Shown piece by piece: positions 52,311-64,000 of a stretch of 64,000 nucleotides of DNA. The stretch lies in contig OZ024740.1 of assembly GCA_964016885.1 (NCBI GenBank), positions 383,036,001 through 383,100,000 of the forward strand. The letters run 5' to 3'. The notes under the pieces are model-generated. The model was not told the DNA's origin and ran no database searches. It saw only the letters and a list, made by a program, of their open reading frames with translations. How positions within the stretch are numbered: position 1 is the stretch's first letter; each line of letters starts with the position of its first letter. This stretch comes from Eledone cirrhosa (lineage: Eukaryota). The translations under genes were made by a program, and so were the position numbers.

Positions 52311-52893
52311 ACATACATATATATATATTTATATATATATATATATTTTTTTTAATACATGTGTGGGCTTGTGTGTGTATGTGTGTGTCAGTGTGTTTAG
52401 ATATATAGATAATAGTTTAGTGCTGGGTGAAGTTCATTGTAGTGTAACACCAGATTATTCGTTTGGTAAATAGAGTATATTTTCTCGCTATTTTGCAACT
52501 ATTGAATATATATTTCTTGAGTCCACAATGCTAGTGTAAATGTGATTTATAATCCCGCTTATTTCCGTAGCTACATCTAAAGCGATTCTGCATCACATTT
52601 CTAATGCAGTCTTTAGTCAAAATTGCACTACATTTCTTGATGGTAGTTTGTCCTGTTGTTGTATATAATCATGTTATTTATAGGAAATAATTATATGGTG
52701 GCTCAAAGTTTGAGACGGTTATATTCAGGATTTTAAGAAAAACGTGGCTCCAATGAACATGTTTAGGAGAATATCTAGTTACGCCAAAACTCTGATAGTT
52801 GTGTCCTTAATGAGTAGAATAATATTCATATAAATTTAAAGAATTGTCGAGACACGTGTCGGGTTATATAAATGCATGTGCATGTGTACATCA

Positions 52894-52939
<46 letters not shown>

Positions 52940-52943
<4 letters not shown>

Positions 52944-53358
52944 CCTGTTTCGCCTGCTTCCAAACTAGCCTAATTTCATACACACTCCTTAGAATTTGCT
53001 GTATAGAATTCACTTTCAAAGCTTGACCGGCTCCACCTACTCCCTCATTGTTCTACAGGGACGTTCTGCCACCCCATCCCAACCCACCGCCATGTAAGAT
53101 TTAATCGTGTTTACATGTTGACCAATCCTTTTTCTTTTTGACAACTACAATCTTCCCATATAAGGAATTATCCCTTGAAAAGTTCGGGTGTTTATTACCA
53201 CGCTAAAAATTCTAATTTAGTCCAGAAATAGCCGTCGAAACGGCTTGAGCTCTGCCGCCGGGATTAAACAGTTTCCTATTACCCACTCTACTAGCCAAAG
53301 TATCGAGTACTCTGGTGCGTTGGGGTCCATCTGGTTCCTTACCACACTTCTTCGTTTT
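52940..53358 (+). mobile_element. Longest copy of the TA-inserted repeat (probable Penelope pLTR)
   Basis: Bounded by (TA)n. CCAAT and TATAA-like motifs precede the block shared with 50361 and 51113. Confidence 0.6.
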
Positions 53359-53376
53359 ATATATATATATATGAAG

Positions 53377-53609
53377 AAAAGAAATTGAAAATGAAACTTA
53401 TTTAATTATTTACAGGTTTCACATTTTTTATGCTTTTCAAACGTAAAATTGTGATTGAGGGTTAGTGTTTCTGTTGTGGTTTATCTCGGATCAAACCACA
53501 ACCAGAAACTCAAACCCTCCCTCTCAGTTTTACGTTTGAGAAATGTGAAACCGGTAAATAAATAAATAAATATTTTTAAAAGACTCCAGTTTTATTTTCA
53601 ATTTCTTTT
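53377..53609. repeat. ~230-bp imperfect fold-back immediately upstream of the Penelope element
   Basis: Arm pairs AAAAGAAATTGAAAATGAAACT/AGTTTTATTTTCAATTTCTTTT, TTATTTACAGGTTTCACATTT/AAATGTGAAACCGGTAAATAA, TCAAACGTAAAA/TTTTACGTTTGA and GTTGTGGTTT/AAACCACAAC. Confidence 0.88.
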
Positions 53610-53684
53610 ACTTATACTTTCACCCGTGTAGGACATCTCGTTTTTTGTTCCCTTTTGTCTTTTAAAAAAAAAGTTCGTTTTTTT

Positions 53685-53726
<42 letters not shown>

Positions 53727-54094
53727 CAGGGAGTGTAACTTTGAGTTACTATAGGTTAACCCGGGTGAGCACTATATATATATATATGTATGTGTGTGTG
53801 TATTGTGAAGGTTTGGTCCCTTCCTGAACTTCTTTAGGGTCTCGGGATATGCGATACCTGTCCGTCTGTCCACGCCTCCCAGGCTAGTTTGCAGGTTCAT
53901 ATCCAGTTGTTGCGGCATACACTGGGCATGATACGACGGACTAATGATTTCATCCGCAGGGTCCGATGGAAAGCTTACTATTTCGATAAGGGACCGAATA
54001 CCAACGGAAGGGAATTTTCCAAGGAGAATTACGGGTTTAAAGCCTGCAAAATCCGCCAAACAACCCCGCACTCGATGCCTTCGAGCTGCACCTT

Positions 54095-56239
54095 ATGAAC
54101 ATGATAAGTGAAACTAAATTTAAAAAAAGAACAAATCACAACAAATTGCAAAATGACTTAAATACATTACTTAAAAAACTAAAAGACACTAACGGTATCA
54201 TAGTAAAAGCAGACAAAACATCAAACGTATACTCTATGGACATTAACACATACAATAACTTTATTCAGCGTGAACTACATAAAAAATATAAAAAAACAAA
54301 TGAATCTACACTCACCAGCATTAACATGGAGGGGCTCAAGATAGTTAATAAACTCGGAATTTCAGATAGGACCGAACCGCTTACCCCGTGCAACCCTACA
54401 TTTAACCTGAAGGATCACAAAAATAACTTTGAAACTAATCCCACCATTAGATTAATATGCCCATCCAAGTCAGACATAGGTAAAATTAGCAAAAACATTC
54501 TAGATAGGGTAATCGCACAAATAAAGGGTAAACTAGAAATCAATTTATGGGGCAACACTAACGAGGCAATTAAATGGTTCAATAAAATACAAAATAGGGA
54601 GACGTGTAACTTCATACAATTTGATATAGACGACTATTATGCATCCATATCCCCAGCTACCCTAGATAAGGCGCTTATATTTGCCCCAAATAACTCTGAT
54701 CTTACCCATGATAAAGTTGAAATAATAATAGCGGCTAGAAGGACTATCATAAAATTTAAAAATAACTACTGTGTAAGAAAGGATAGAATAAATAGCTTCG
54801 ATATTACAATGGGATCAAATGATTCTGCGCAAATTACAGATATCGTGGGGCTATTCATAGCACACAACCTACATAAGGAATTCAGTAACCTCCAAGGAGG
54901 AATTTATAGGGACGACACGTTACTTATAGCTAGGAACCTAAGCAACCAGAGCATGGAAAGACTAAGGAAAAATATTAGAATATTCTTCAAAAAGCTAGGC
55001 CTAAGTATTACCTACGAACTAAACCATAAGAAGGTAAATTTTCTAGATGTAACTCTAAATCTAAATACTGGATTAATAGAACCTTTCCACAAAAATAATG
55101 AAAATCTTGCCTACATTAGTTACAACTCAAATCACCCCAAATCCATAATTAAATCCATAGCACGTAGTATATCCCTCCGAATATCCCGCTTATCCTCAAA
55201 CCTAGAAATCTTTAACGAGCATGCTGACTATTATAATGCAGCATTAAGTAGGGCCGGTCATAAATATAAACTACAGTATATAGTGAATAAGGACAACATA
55301 AACAATCCTAGACATTACTACTCCAACCGCTCACATAATAATAGGAATAGCTTGACTAGACATAGGGTTAGACATGTAACACCTGGAGTAAACGGCCAAA
55401 ACACTAATAACGTAAACCCAAGAAACAATAGAAGAAACAGACAAAGAAAATACCTATGGTTCAACCCAATATTCAACTCCTCTATAAAAACTAGACTGCC
55501 CTCTACATTCTTTAAACTAATAGATAAACACTTCCCTATCTCGCATAGATATCACAAAATACTCAATAGATCTACTATAAAACTCTCATTCTCAACAGCA
55601 GCTAACATAGAATCACACATACGCAAGATCAACCACAGAAATATCTCTAGTAAATCAATTGCACCTATACATAAGCACAAACTCATCAAAACATCACAAC
55701 CACAAGCGCATACAAACGCGCAGCAGCAAAACCCCATTGGGCATATATCACAACCCACTTATAACAGAGTACTAAACAGGAATGTAAAAGCTGCACAAAA
55801 TAGCGCCTCAAACTGTAACTGTCACCTCCCAGATAGGTGCCCATTGACGAACAGATGTCTCGATTCAAGCCTGGTGTACATGTGCACTGTCATCTCGGGT
55901 AACTCCACCTGGAATTACATAGGATCCACCGCGGGTTCTTTTAAGAAAAGATGGTATGTGCACAGGCACTCAATGAAAAACCGTGCACTTATGGGTTCCA
56001 CCACCCTCGCCAGAAAAATATGGGAATTGAAGGACAGCAACACTAACTACAGTATCAACTGGTCGAAGTTGTCGGCTGCTAAAACCTATAGTACAGGGAT
56101 GTCCTATTGCGGGCTGTGTGATCTTGAGCTATTGTATATCCTTAGAAATGTTAAAAGGCTACTTAATAATAAGTTAGAAAGATCTATCTTCTGCAGACAT
56201 AGAATAGCCACTAAATTCATAAGATTCAAACCTCCGTGA
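54095..56239 (+). CDS. Penelope-like RT plus GIY-YIG endonuclease (714 aa open); the N-terminus is displaced by one frameshift near 54055
   Basis: KADKT, LKDHK..RLICP, FIQFDIDDYYASI, MGSNDS, GIYRDD, VNFLDV, CNC..CPL..C linker, LVY..YIGST..FKKRW..H and CGLC..E..LN..CRH. The upstream frame 53889-54055 has FIRRVRWKAYYF..ENYGFK. Confidence 0.93.
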   Translation: MNMISETKFKKRTNHNKLQNDLNTLLKKLKDTNGIIVKADKTSNVYSMDINTYNNFIQRELHKKYKKTNESTLTSINMEGLKIVNKLGISDRTEPLTPCNPTFNLKDHKNNFETNPTIRLICPSKSDIGKISKNILDRVIAQIKGKLEINLWGNTNEAIKWFNKIQNRETCNFIQFDIDDYYASISPATLDKALIFAPNNSDLTHDKVEIIIAARRTIIKFKNNYCVRKDRINSFDITMGSNDSAQITDIVGLFIAHNLHKEFSNLQGGIYRDDTLLIARNLSNQSMERLRKNIRIFFKKLGLSITYELNHKKVNFLDVTLNLNTGLIEPFHKNNENLAYISYNSNHPKSIIKSIARSISLRISRLSSNLEIFNEHADYYNAALSRAGHKYKLQYIVNKDNINNPRHYYSNRSHNNRNSLTRHRVRHVTPGVNGQNTNNVNPRNNRRNRQRKYLWFNPIFNSSIKTRLPSTFFKLIDKHFPISHRYHKILNRSTIKLSFSTAANIESHIRKINHRNISSKSIAPIHKHKLIKTSQPQAHTNAQQQNPIGHISQPTYNRVLNRNVKAAQNSASNCNCHLPDRCPLTNRCLDSSLVYMCTVISGNSTWNYIGSTAGSFKKRWYVHRHSMKNRALMGSTTLARKIWELKDSNTNYSINWSKLSAAKTYSTGMSYCGLCDLELLYILRNVKRLLNNKLERSIFCRHRIATKFIRFKPP

Positions 56240-56585
56240 ATCGAACCAACATAACATAGCTTTAAATTAGGATACCTACTACCCACAGAAATATATTCAT
56301 TAAGTATACTATATCCTTCACAAGTCTATACCACACAATTGTCTGTAAGTACCTCATCTACCAACAATCTTACTCCTTCTCAGCTGCTGCCATCATTTGA
56401 TCCTAAATCCTAGTTTTTCTCATTTCGCTACTACAATGTTACTTTACCTTCTTGTTGTCATAATTACAATTAGTACGCTTTTCTCTTTGCATGTATGTAT
56501 ATTTTTGTACTAGTGTATATTGATGTGTATGTGTGTGTCTATGTACACATGCATGTGTATATATGTGTATATATATTTATATATA

Positions 56586-56616
<31 letters not shown>

Positions 56617-57011
56617 GTGTGGATGTGCGTAAATATATGCGTATATTAATTCATTAACCTCTGTATTAACTCTACAACTATTTAGCATTGACAGTGGTCC
56701 CACTCATGTATACTGTTGAAGATGAAGAGAAAGACTGTAAAAACTAGCTAATCTTTATAATTTAAAATTGATATACACTACGATACTATGTACATGTCAA
56801 CGCTTCATTTTGCCTTATGACAGCTAGTTTTCACGCCGTAACATTAGATACATTATATACCCCCCACCTAAGTAATGTCAGGGTCTCCTTAAATAATTTA
56901 TTGATAGCATTGTTGTAATTGTTGTTATTGTTCTAATTGAATGCCATTTCTACTTCAGATAGTAGCCTGTATTTTCTTTTCTTTTCTTGCCTGTGTATTT
57001 TCTTCATTCTC

Positions 57012-57126
57012 GCATGCTCCGAAGATCTGACTGGTTATAATTCTGTATTGGCGATCGAGTGACGCAAAATTAGGCGGATAGCAATCTCTAAACATACCAG
57101 TTCAGTGAAATAAATGTAAGCTATGT
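57012..57126 (+). ncRNA. Putative type I hammerhead variant with a long stem II
   Basis: gcatgct CCGAAGA t ctgactggt [60 nt] accagttcag t GAAA taaat GTA agctatgt. Confidence 0.62.
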
Positions 57127-57346
57127 GATTAAAAACTTTTTTGTATAGCAAACCATGTAAACCTTCTTTCCTGATTTATTATTACTCCAAGTGTTTACAA
57201 CATAGGAATTACAGCATACCCGCAGCATCACTATGAAAACGTCTTGTTGAGTCAAACCAAGCCAAGCGTTAATATCATCCACTACCTGGAATACCATAAC
57301 TGGACTTCACCTAAGTGGACTGCATTTAACTATTATTTGTTAATCC

Positions 57347-57396
<50 letters not shown>

Positions 57397-58097
57397 GGGG
57401 GGGGGAGTATGCGTGTGTGTATGTGTGTGTGTGATTATATATCGTTGTGTATGTATCGTGTGGTCAGTTACCAATATGTGTTCATATTTATTTTTTTAAC
57501 TTTTATAATGTATATTTATGTTATTCATAAACATATTTTTGCCCCCCACATAACCTATACAATTCTGTGTAAAAGTCACTACACATCCTGCCACTTCTTC
57601 CTAACATGTTTTGGATATATGCACAAGGCCCTCTGGCAAATAGAATGAATTTCTTTTACTTTCCTTTTTATATTATAATACCTTTTACAGTCGTTGCGAT
57701 TTCTATTATTTCTTTCTTTGATAGCAAGTAACAGATCTGTTATTACGGTATAATTGAATATTAAACATTGGCAATTACGGGCAAATTATGCTAAATACCT
57801 GCATTCCTTTTTGTTTCTATTTCACTGATAATGCTTGCATTGTTTTGTATATAATTACCCACCTTTAAATCGATCTTGTGCTTTGTTTTTGCTTATGTTA
57901 TATGATTTCCTTTAAAGCTGGTACGTTCGTTTGATTGGTAGTTTGTGCCGTTTTTTCTGTCTCATATTTTTTATTATTATTGTTTTTATATTACATCCTT
58001 CTCTCGTACTCACTCTCTCGCTCTCTCTTTCAGAATGTATACATATATATATATATATATATATACACATTTATACATATATATATATAATTTATAC

Positions 58098-58158
<61 letters not shown>

Positions 58159-58734
58159 CGTATGTATGTATATAACGCTCTCGTTAAACTATACAAATCA
58201 TGTTGTTGCCAAGTAATAGATTATCATGCTGAGTGAACAATATATGTATATTCATATCTTTCAGAAATGGCACTTCTCCTTTACATACTAAACTTCAACC
58301 AACGGACGGTGGTATCTAAATGTTGCATTCTTCAAAGGATATTGTTAAATCTAACTGTGATAAAATGTTTATATGGCGTTGTTACGCCACCACTGAGTGT
58401 GTAAATGAATTTGCTTTCTCATTTTTTTTTTCTCCTAATATATTCATTCATTGCTAAATACATCAATTATGACTTGAGCTCTGCCCGATGAAAACTACGC
58501 GCTCGTCTTTCATCTTTTAGGTTTTAGTAATATAAACATATCAATAAAATTAACATCATCCAATCTAACCGATAGATTCTCATGAGATGTGAGTTGATGC
58601 CATTCTTTTTATACCTTGTAGGACATAGTGCTTAGTGTAGTCTGAAAGGGAGATCTATCGGATTTGAATTTGCCAAAAATATACCATACCTTGCATGTCA
58701 ATCATCTTCTTCTAAATAATGAATAGTAGAGGCG

Positions 58735-59600
58735 AGAGTACGCACCTTTGGCGGAGTCCGACTCCCATATTCAATTATTCCAATTAACACCATTTATCCG
58801 AACACAAATACTCGGCCATTCCTATAGAGACATCATGATTATAAGAAGCTGATCATCGATCCCATACTCCTGCAGAACCTTCCGCATCATGTCCCGACGA
58901 ACCCGGCCATAAGCCTTTTCAAGGTCGACAAAGCAAGAATATACTTCTTGGCAATACTCCCACGATTTCTCGAATACCTGCGGCTGTGTGAATATCCGGA
59001 CGGCTGTGCTGCAACTGGAGCGAAAACCGCACTGTTCAACATTTAGCTATGACTCGACAATCCCCCTGGATCTCTTTGCTATAAACTTAGCGGAGGCTTT
59101 CCCGATGAAGCTTAGCATGGAGATCCCTCTATAATTGGGACAATCTCTCTTGTCTCCCTTTTTGAAAATTTGTATTATCACTCCCGATTGCCATTGCTTT
59201 GGTGCCTTTCCGGAGATCCAGGCCATCTCCCATACACGAGTCAGCAAGAGAATACCCTCTCTGTGGCTATTAACAGCTCGGGGCGGATATCATCTCTCCA
59301 ACGGTCTTGCCATATTTGAGCTCTTTAACTGTTCTTGTGGTTTCAGCCTCTGAGAGATGTGTCACTGTTCCCAGTTGCACCTCGTATACATCCGAAAATG
59401 CTGTTGCAATCGGGTTTATCCGATCAGCAAACTATCCTCTCCACAACATGTGGATGTACCTCTATGAAGAGAGGGGAACCCGGGTTGCATTTTTGATAGC
59501 AGGTTTTGAGGTGGATTTGATTTTACCACGACAGCGGATGGTCTGCCAGTACACTTCATTTTCGATATTAGATATGGATACGATTGTATATCCATCGTTT
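58735..59600 (-). mobile_element. RTE-clade (Rex3/Expander-like) LINE RT fragment
   Basis: AWISGKAPKQWQSGVIIQIFKKGDKRDCPNYRGISMLS, EQCGFRS and CFVDLEKAY. Confidence 0.88.
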
Positions 59601-60767
59601 TAGCAAAGTATTGGGTAACCAACATTTTAATTTCTGCTTTAATGTTTTGCACAACTATTCTTGAGTGTCTCCTTTTATTTTGCAATCATCCCACATTTCA
59701 ACTTTTAATTTGTTATTGTTTCGTGGAAGACAGAATTTATATTTGTTATAGTTATTTGTATTATTTCCCCATTTTATTCTCTATTTGATCATTTTTGGCC
59801 TGCATTGTTCATATTATACATTCTTAGTACAAAATGCTTAGATCCCGATGTTCGTGGGGTATGTATTATTAGGAGTTAAATTATGCGTGTTTTCTTCGAT
59901 AAGAAGCCAATAGCTTTACTTTCCTGTTATTCTACTGTATTTCTGCTACTTCTTTTCTTTTCAACGTATGGTCAGCTAGAATATTGAGGGTTATTGCCAA
60001 GTTTTCTCTATTGGATTTATCTATTTTCTACATATCAATAAATTGCGTTCATAATATCCCTTCCTAATCGCTTCTTTCAATAGTATATGTATTCAAAAGT
60101 TTGTCAGATCTTCTCTCGTCTTTTTACTTCCTTTTCTCTTTTCTTCCTATCACTTCTGCGAACAACAACACTTCTAGCCAGTGATTTCTGTCCTTTGAGG
60201 TAAATTTTACTCGACGCTGTCATTGACGGCCTTTTGCTCTTTTAACAGCAGCCTTGCGTTGAGTTCTTCTCATTATTCTACGAATGTATATATATATATA
60301 TATATATGAGACGGTATACAATATGAAATCAAATGTGGTAAAGAGAGATTTTAGTTTTTTATATTCAGTAGGTTTTCTCCCTGGTTAATTTGTTATCGAT
60401 TGTACATTAAAAACCTGTCTAGATATTCACTTTTAATTAAGATCAAAGACGAATGTTATATTACATATATGATTCGGGCAGTAGTTATGTGGTATTCTGC
60501 AACATCAATGAGAATCATAAAGATACCGACTAAATGTTCTGTTAATAGTGTATTAAACTGTGTGATTTCTGTAAAAGATAAGTAATCATACATACACCCA
60601 AATATATATATAATAAAGACGGTCTTTAGGTTTACATATTATAACTCTCATTAAAACAGTAACCACACAGGATTTCAAAGGTGAAAGCATTTGATACGAC
60701 ATTAAAAAAGCATTTACCGTCAATGAGACGGAGTGTTTACATCTATATTGGTGCCGCTACTGTCCTT

Positions 60768-60842
60768 ACTACTACTACTACTACTACTGCTGCTGCTGCT
60801 GTTGCTGCTGCTGCTACTACTACTACTACTACTACTACTACT
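60768..60842. repeat. (CTA)n-(GCT)n-(CTA)n microsatellite
   Basis: Read directly. Confidence 0.93.
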
Positions 60843-60914
60843 CTTGGTGGGATTGGAATTCAGAAATTAAAGGGTATTTAACAACACTTCATCTCATATT
60901 GTAATATCAATAAC

Positions 60915-61260
60915 ATCAATTTCTAATATAAAATCAGGAGACATATACAGTCTATTGATTATATCGACCCATGTATTTGATTGATAATAATTTATCCAAT
61001 TTCGTCAGAATGTAACGGGATTCTGCTAAACCACCACCTCAATAGAGATGCCAATTTTTATTTCTAACATTAGCACACAACCAACAATTTAAGTGACGGT
61101 GATCGTCGATTGACTCCTGTACTTCACTGGCACGCTCTTTTATTGATTCCATAAGGATGAAAGTCAAAATTGACATATAGTTGATTTAAAGTCAGAATGA
61201 AACAAATGCGGCAAAAGGATTTTGTAAGCCGCTCTGACGATTCTGCTAATCAACCAATCT
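60915..61260 (-). mobile_element. Two adjacent old SINE copies
   Basis: TCGACCC, TAAGGATGAAAGTCAAA and GATTCTGCTAA motifs occur twice. Confidence 0.6.
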
Positions 61261-61267
61261 ATAAAGA

Positions 61268-64000
61268 TAATAATTCTTTATTCATTAGCTACTCGGACCG
61301 AAAAACAAAGGACAATACAAATGAACAAGGACCGGCAGGATTTACATATAACTAATCATGTAAACAATGAAAACAATTAATAAAATAACAATGAATTAAA
61401 CCTATCATAATTCCTTAGTAGTGGAGAGAATCACTCAGCTGAAACTTGAGAAACTCATAGATACGAAGCCAGCTAATCGTCAAGAGTACCATTGGAAGGT
61501 GCCCATTTCCTCTCTGAAATCTTTACTACAGGCGCGTGCAATTTTCTCAGGTGGTCCTCACAACACACACCTAGATTTTAGCGTATACTAAGTGGTACAG
61601 GGCAGCACATCTCTCTCTACATTCACGTTCCTTCCTAAGTTGAATTTGAACAAGTTGAGGCGGGCTTGGCCAAGAAAGAATGGTTCACTCTTTACTCATT
61701 TCACTCGCGTCTGCTACACAACCTGATTCACTACAGCCACGAAACAAAGGAAAATAGCCTGACCGAATATAGGGCCCGAAACGAAAGTACTCCTGAAAAG
61801 ATTAACTAGTTCGTTCTCGGTTATATCCAGAACCTCCCCAAGAAGCTCATCAAAATTGCCCGATTCTTCGTGGTTGATTTTTTTCTCACGTCAATATTTC
61901 ATGTTCCTCTAACAAGTTGTTTATCACCTCGGTATCCGAAATGTTTGACATCATCAACTTGCCGTTGTCCGCATATTATGACACAGTCTTTCCATCTTCC
62001 AGTTTGAGCAGGGTGTTCTACAACCGCCTCGACGTCCACTGTAATTGCTCGAGTCAGCACATACAGGAGGGAGAGAGGTCATCATCCCCTGTCTGAGTTC
62101 ATGATCTGAAAAACTTTGTTTTACCTGGTTATTTTAGCTGACCATTGGGTAGGTGCCGCTGTGCATTTCTGCGATCCATTCTCTGAAACATAACGGAAAC
62201 AGGCTACATTAGATAGATATTTAATTATCTAAGTTCGATGGCATCAAAAGTTCTCAATTTATCAAAATTGATCAGAACTCCAACTAATCCATGTTTTCTA
62301 TCTACTCCTTCTATGACGTATTGCACAATATGTAGGTTATCCTATATGTACCTCTTCGAGATTGTGCACCTTTGCGTTTCCTCTACCAGACATTTGACGA
62401 CAAGCACCATCCCCGTTGCTAGCACCCTGTCAAAATCTAAAATTCTGTATTAAGCAGAGTTATCGGTCAGACATTTTCTCGAATTTTTCATTAGAATTTC
62501 TACACCCCTACTAACAGAGCTGGGAATTCTCCCGTTCTGCTGCTAATCACAGTTGACAGCTTGATAGACGTCGAAGAACAAATCTGATGCCTTTATGTAA
62601 ATTTCGTAAGATATTTCATCCACACCGTGTGATTTGCGCATCATACAGCCGCTTAGGATTACCCGTATCTCGACTGCTGTTATCAGTTTTTAGCAGCAAT
62701 ACGCATTGGTTGTGTACAATTACGGCAGACCGACTAGGTAGGAACTATAGTTTGCCACTTATCCGTTCTCCCACGTGCCTCGAAGAACATTGCAAATTTG
62801 TAAACTATTCATGACTATTGCCTTTCCGTGTTTTTCGGTGTTTAAAATACCACCCCAATCCCCTGCTAACAATGAAGAGCGTCCTGCCTACGTTGTGATA
62901 TAGATGGTCACAAGGTTAAAAGCACCACCTTCCCTACTTTTTACAATGAGGACCACCAGCTTACCGACCGTGTCCAGGTGGAATGTCAGTAGCTCGACAT
63001 CCAAGCCTTTCTTAAAGAGTACTAACCTCCAATCTCCAGCCGACTAAGAGATGTGGTGATCTTAAATTCTTCATGCGTGTCGGAAATCTTTGTCTCGCAG
63101 ACAGCTGCCACATCTGTAGCTAATAGCCTGAGGTCACAGAGCAAACGACCTTGATTCCAAGACAACTTTAGGTCACGTACATTTACACAAACTACTCTTA
63201 AAATTGCTATATTAGCCAGAAAGATATATGAGAAAAAAAAGGGGGGGGGGGCTATTCATCCTGTGAGTGCTATTGGAGTGTGTTTGTATATGTGTACGTG
63301 TTGATGTGTGTGTTTGTGTTTAGAGGAAACGGAGGGGGGGGAGAGAAGGGGAGAGAGTGTTTCGTTCGGACACTCCCTGGGTGTTTTTCACTGTATGGTG
63401 ATGTTGCTATTGTTGGTGATGCTGCTGTTGCTGGCGTTGGTGCTGCTGCAACAGCTATTAATTTTGCTGAGAATGTTGATTGTGTCGCTGCTTCTACGTA
63501 GTTGATACTGCTATTATTGTTGTTTCCCCCTATTGGTGCTCTTATCCTTGTAGTTCTGGTATTTGCAGAAGGGGTTTCATGTGGTTAACCGGCTTCTGTT
63601 GAGGCAGAAAGCAGTTAGGAGGACAGTCTCCTCTCATAGATGACACTGATGCCTTCTAGACTTAAACCTACCATGCAGCTTCACCCCGCCAGGAAGGAGA
63701 ATGAGGTCTGTAATCTTGTGGATGTTATTTGGTTTGATGTTGTGTAGTAAATACACACTATAACCATACCATCTTCTCATTGGGTTTGTTTCACATCAAG
63801 GAGGGTTTTGCTTCCTTCTACAACAATGTAGACCAATATGCACTAGATATTCACCCCTGGTGGGATTTCGCAAGACTTGACCATAATCCTCCTTGTTTCT
63901 AAATGAGATGGGTAGAAAACATACTTGTTGTTCCAACAGGGTACAACTGAGCGTCTGACGTCCATGGCTTCACTCTTAAAATACACTTAAAGGTTCAAAA
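61268..64000 (-). mobile_element. Old, heavily deleted Tx1-clade element (ORF1, APE and RT remnants) running off the window end
   Basis: Reverse complement gives VFYPSHL..RIMVK..IPPGV (ORF1), VNVRDL..QGRLL, QQNGRIPSSVSRGV, LINFDK..FD, PLSLLYVL and YADN. 3' end TGTATTGTCC..AATAAAGAATTATTAT. Confidence 0.82.

Larger units (their letters stand above)
53800..57330 (+). mobile_element. Penelope-like element (Naiad-type), near full-length, between (TA)n tracts
   Basis: Long RT+GIY-YIG ORF, ~1-kb 3' UTR containing a hammerhead motif. Confidence 0.88.

Noticed and set aside
56700-56840. TTGAAGA and GAAAACTAGCTGTC hammerhead-like pieces
   Set aside because: Could not be assembled into a consistent core with paired stems on one strand
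54095-57330. Possible selenoprotein or SECIS, as reported for some Naiad elements
   Set aside because: No in-frame UGA inside the ORF and no SECIS identifiable by eye

Overview
AT-rich eukaryotic (animal) DNA, not prokaryotic. It is dense in (TA)n, (CA)n, (ATT)n, (CTA)n and (TACA)n microsatellites. The SINEs resemble, from memory, the octopus tRNA-derived families, so an octopod cephalopod is likely (inference). The only host coding sequence I can support is two spliced + strand exons (42734-43000, 48369-48514) encoding tandem PAN/apple domains. The rest is mostly retroelements: four Tx1/L1-clade copies, three copies of a young R4/Dong family (one intact apart from a single stop) plus an old R4-like relic, several Penelope-like elements (one near-intact Naiad-type RT+GIY-YIG ORF), CRE-like fragments, RTE relics and SINEs. 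Most interesting observations: (i) Tx1 and R4/Dong use the same (ATT/TAA)n microsatellites in opposite orientation, giving tail-to-tail and head-to-head junctions; (ii) a covarying CTTGT-loop 3' hairpin is shared by the Tx1 copies and the commonest SINE, suggesting a Tx1-dependent SINE; (iii) hammerhead ribozyme motifs occur in Penelope termini, one with an ~80-nt stem II; (iv) several long fold-back palindromes. All coordinates and alignments were read by eye, so boundaries are approximate.
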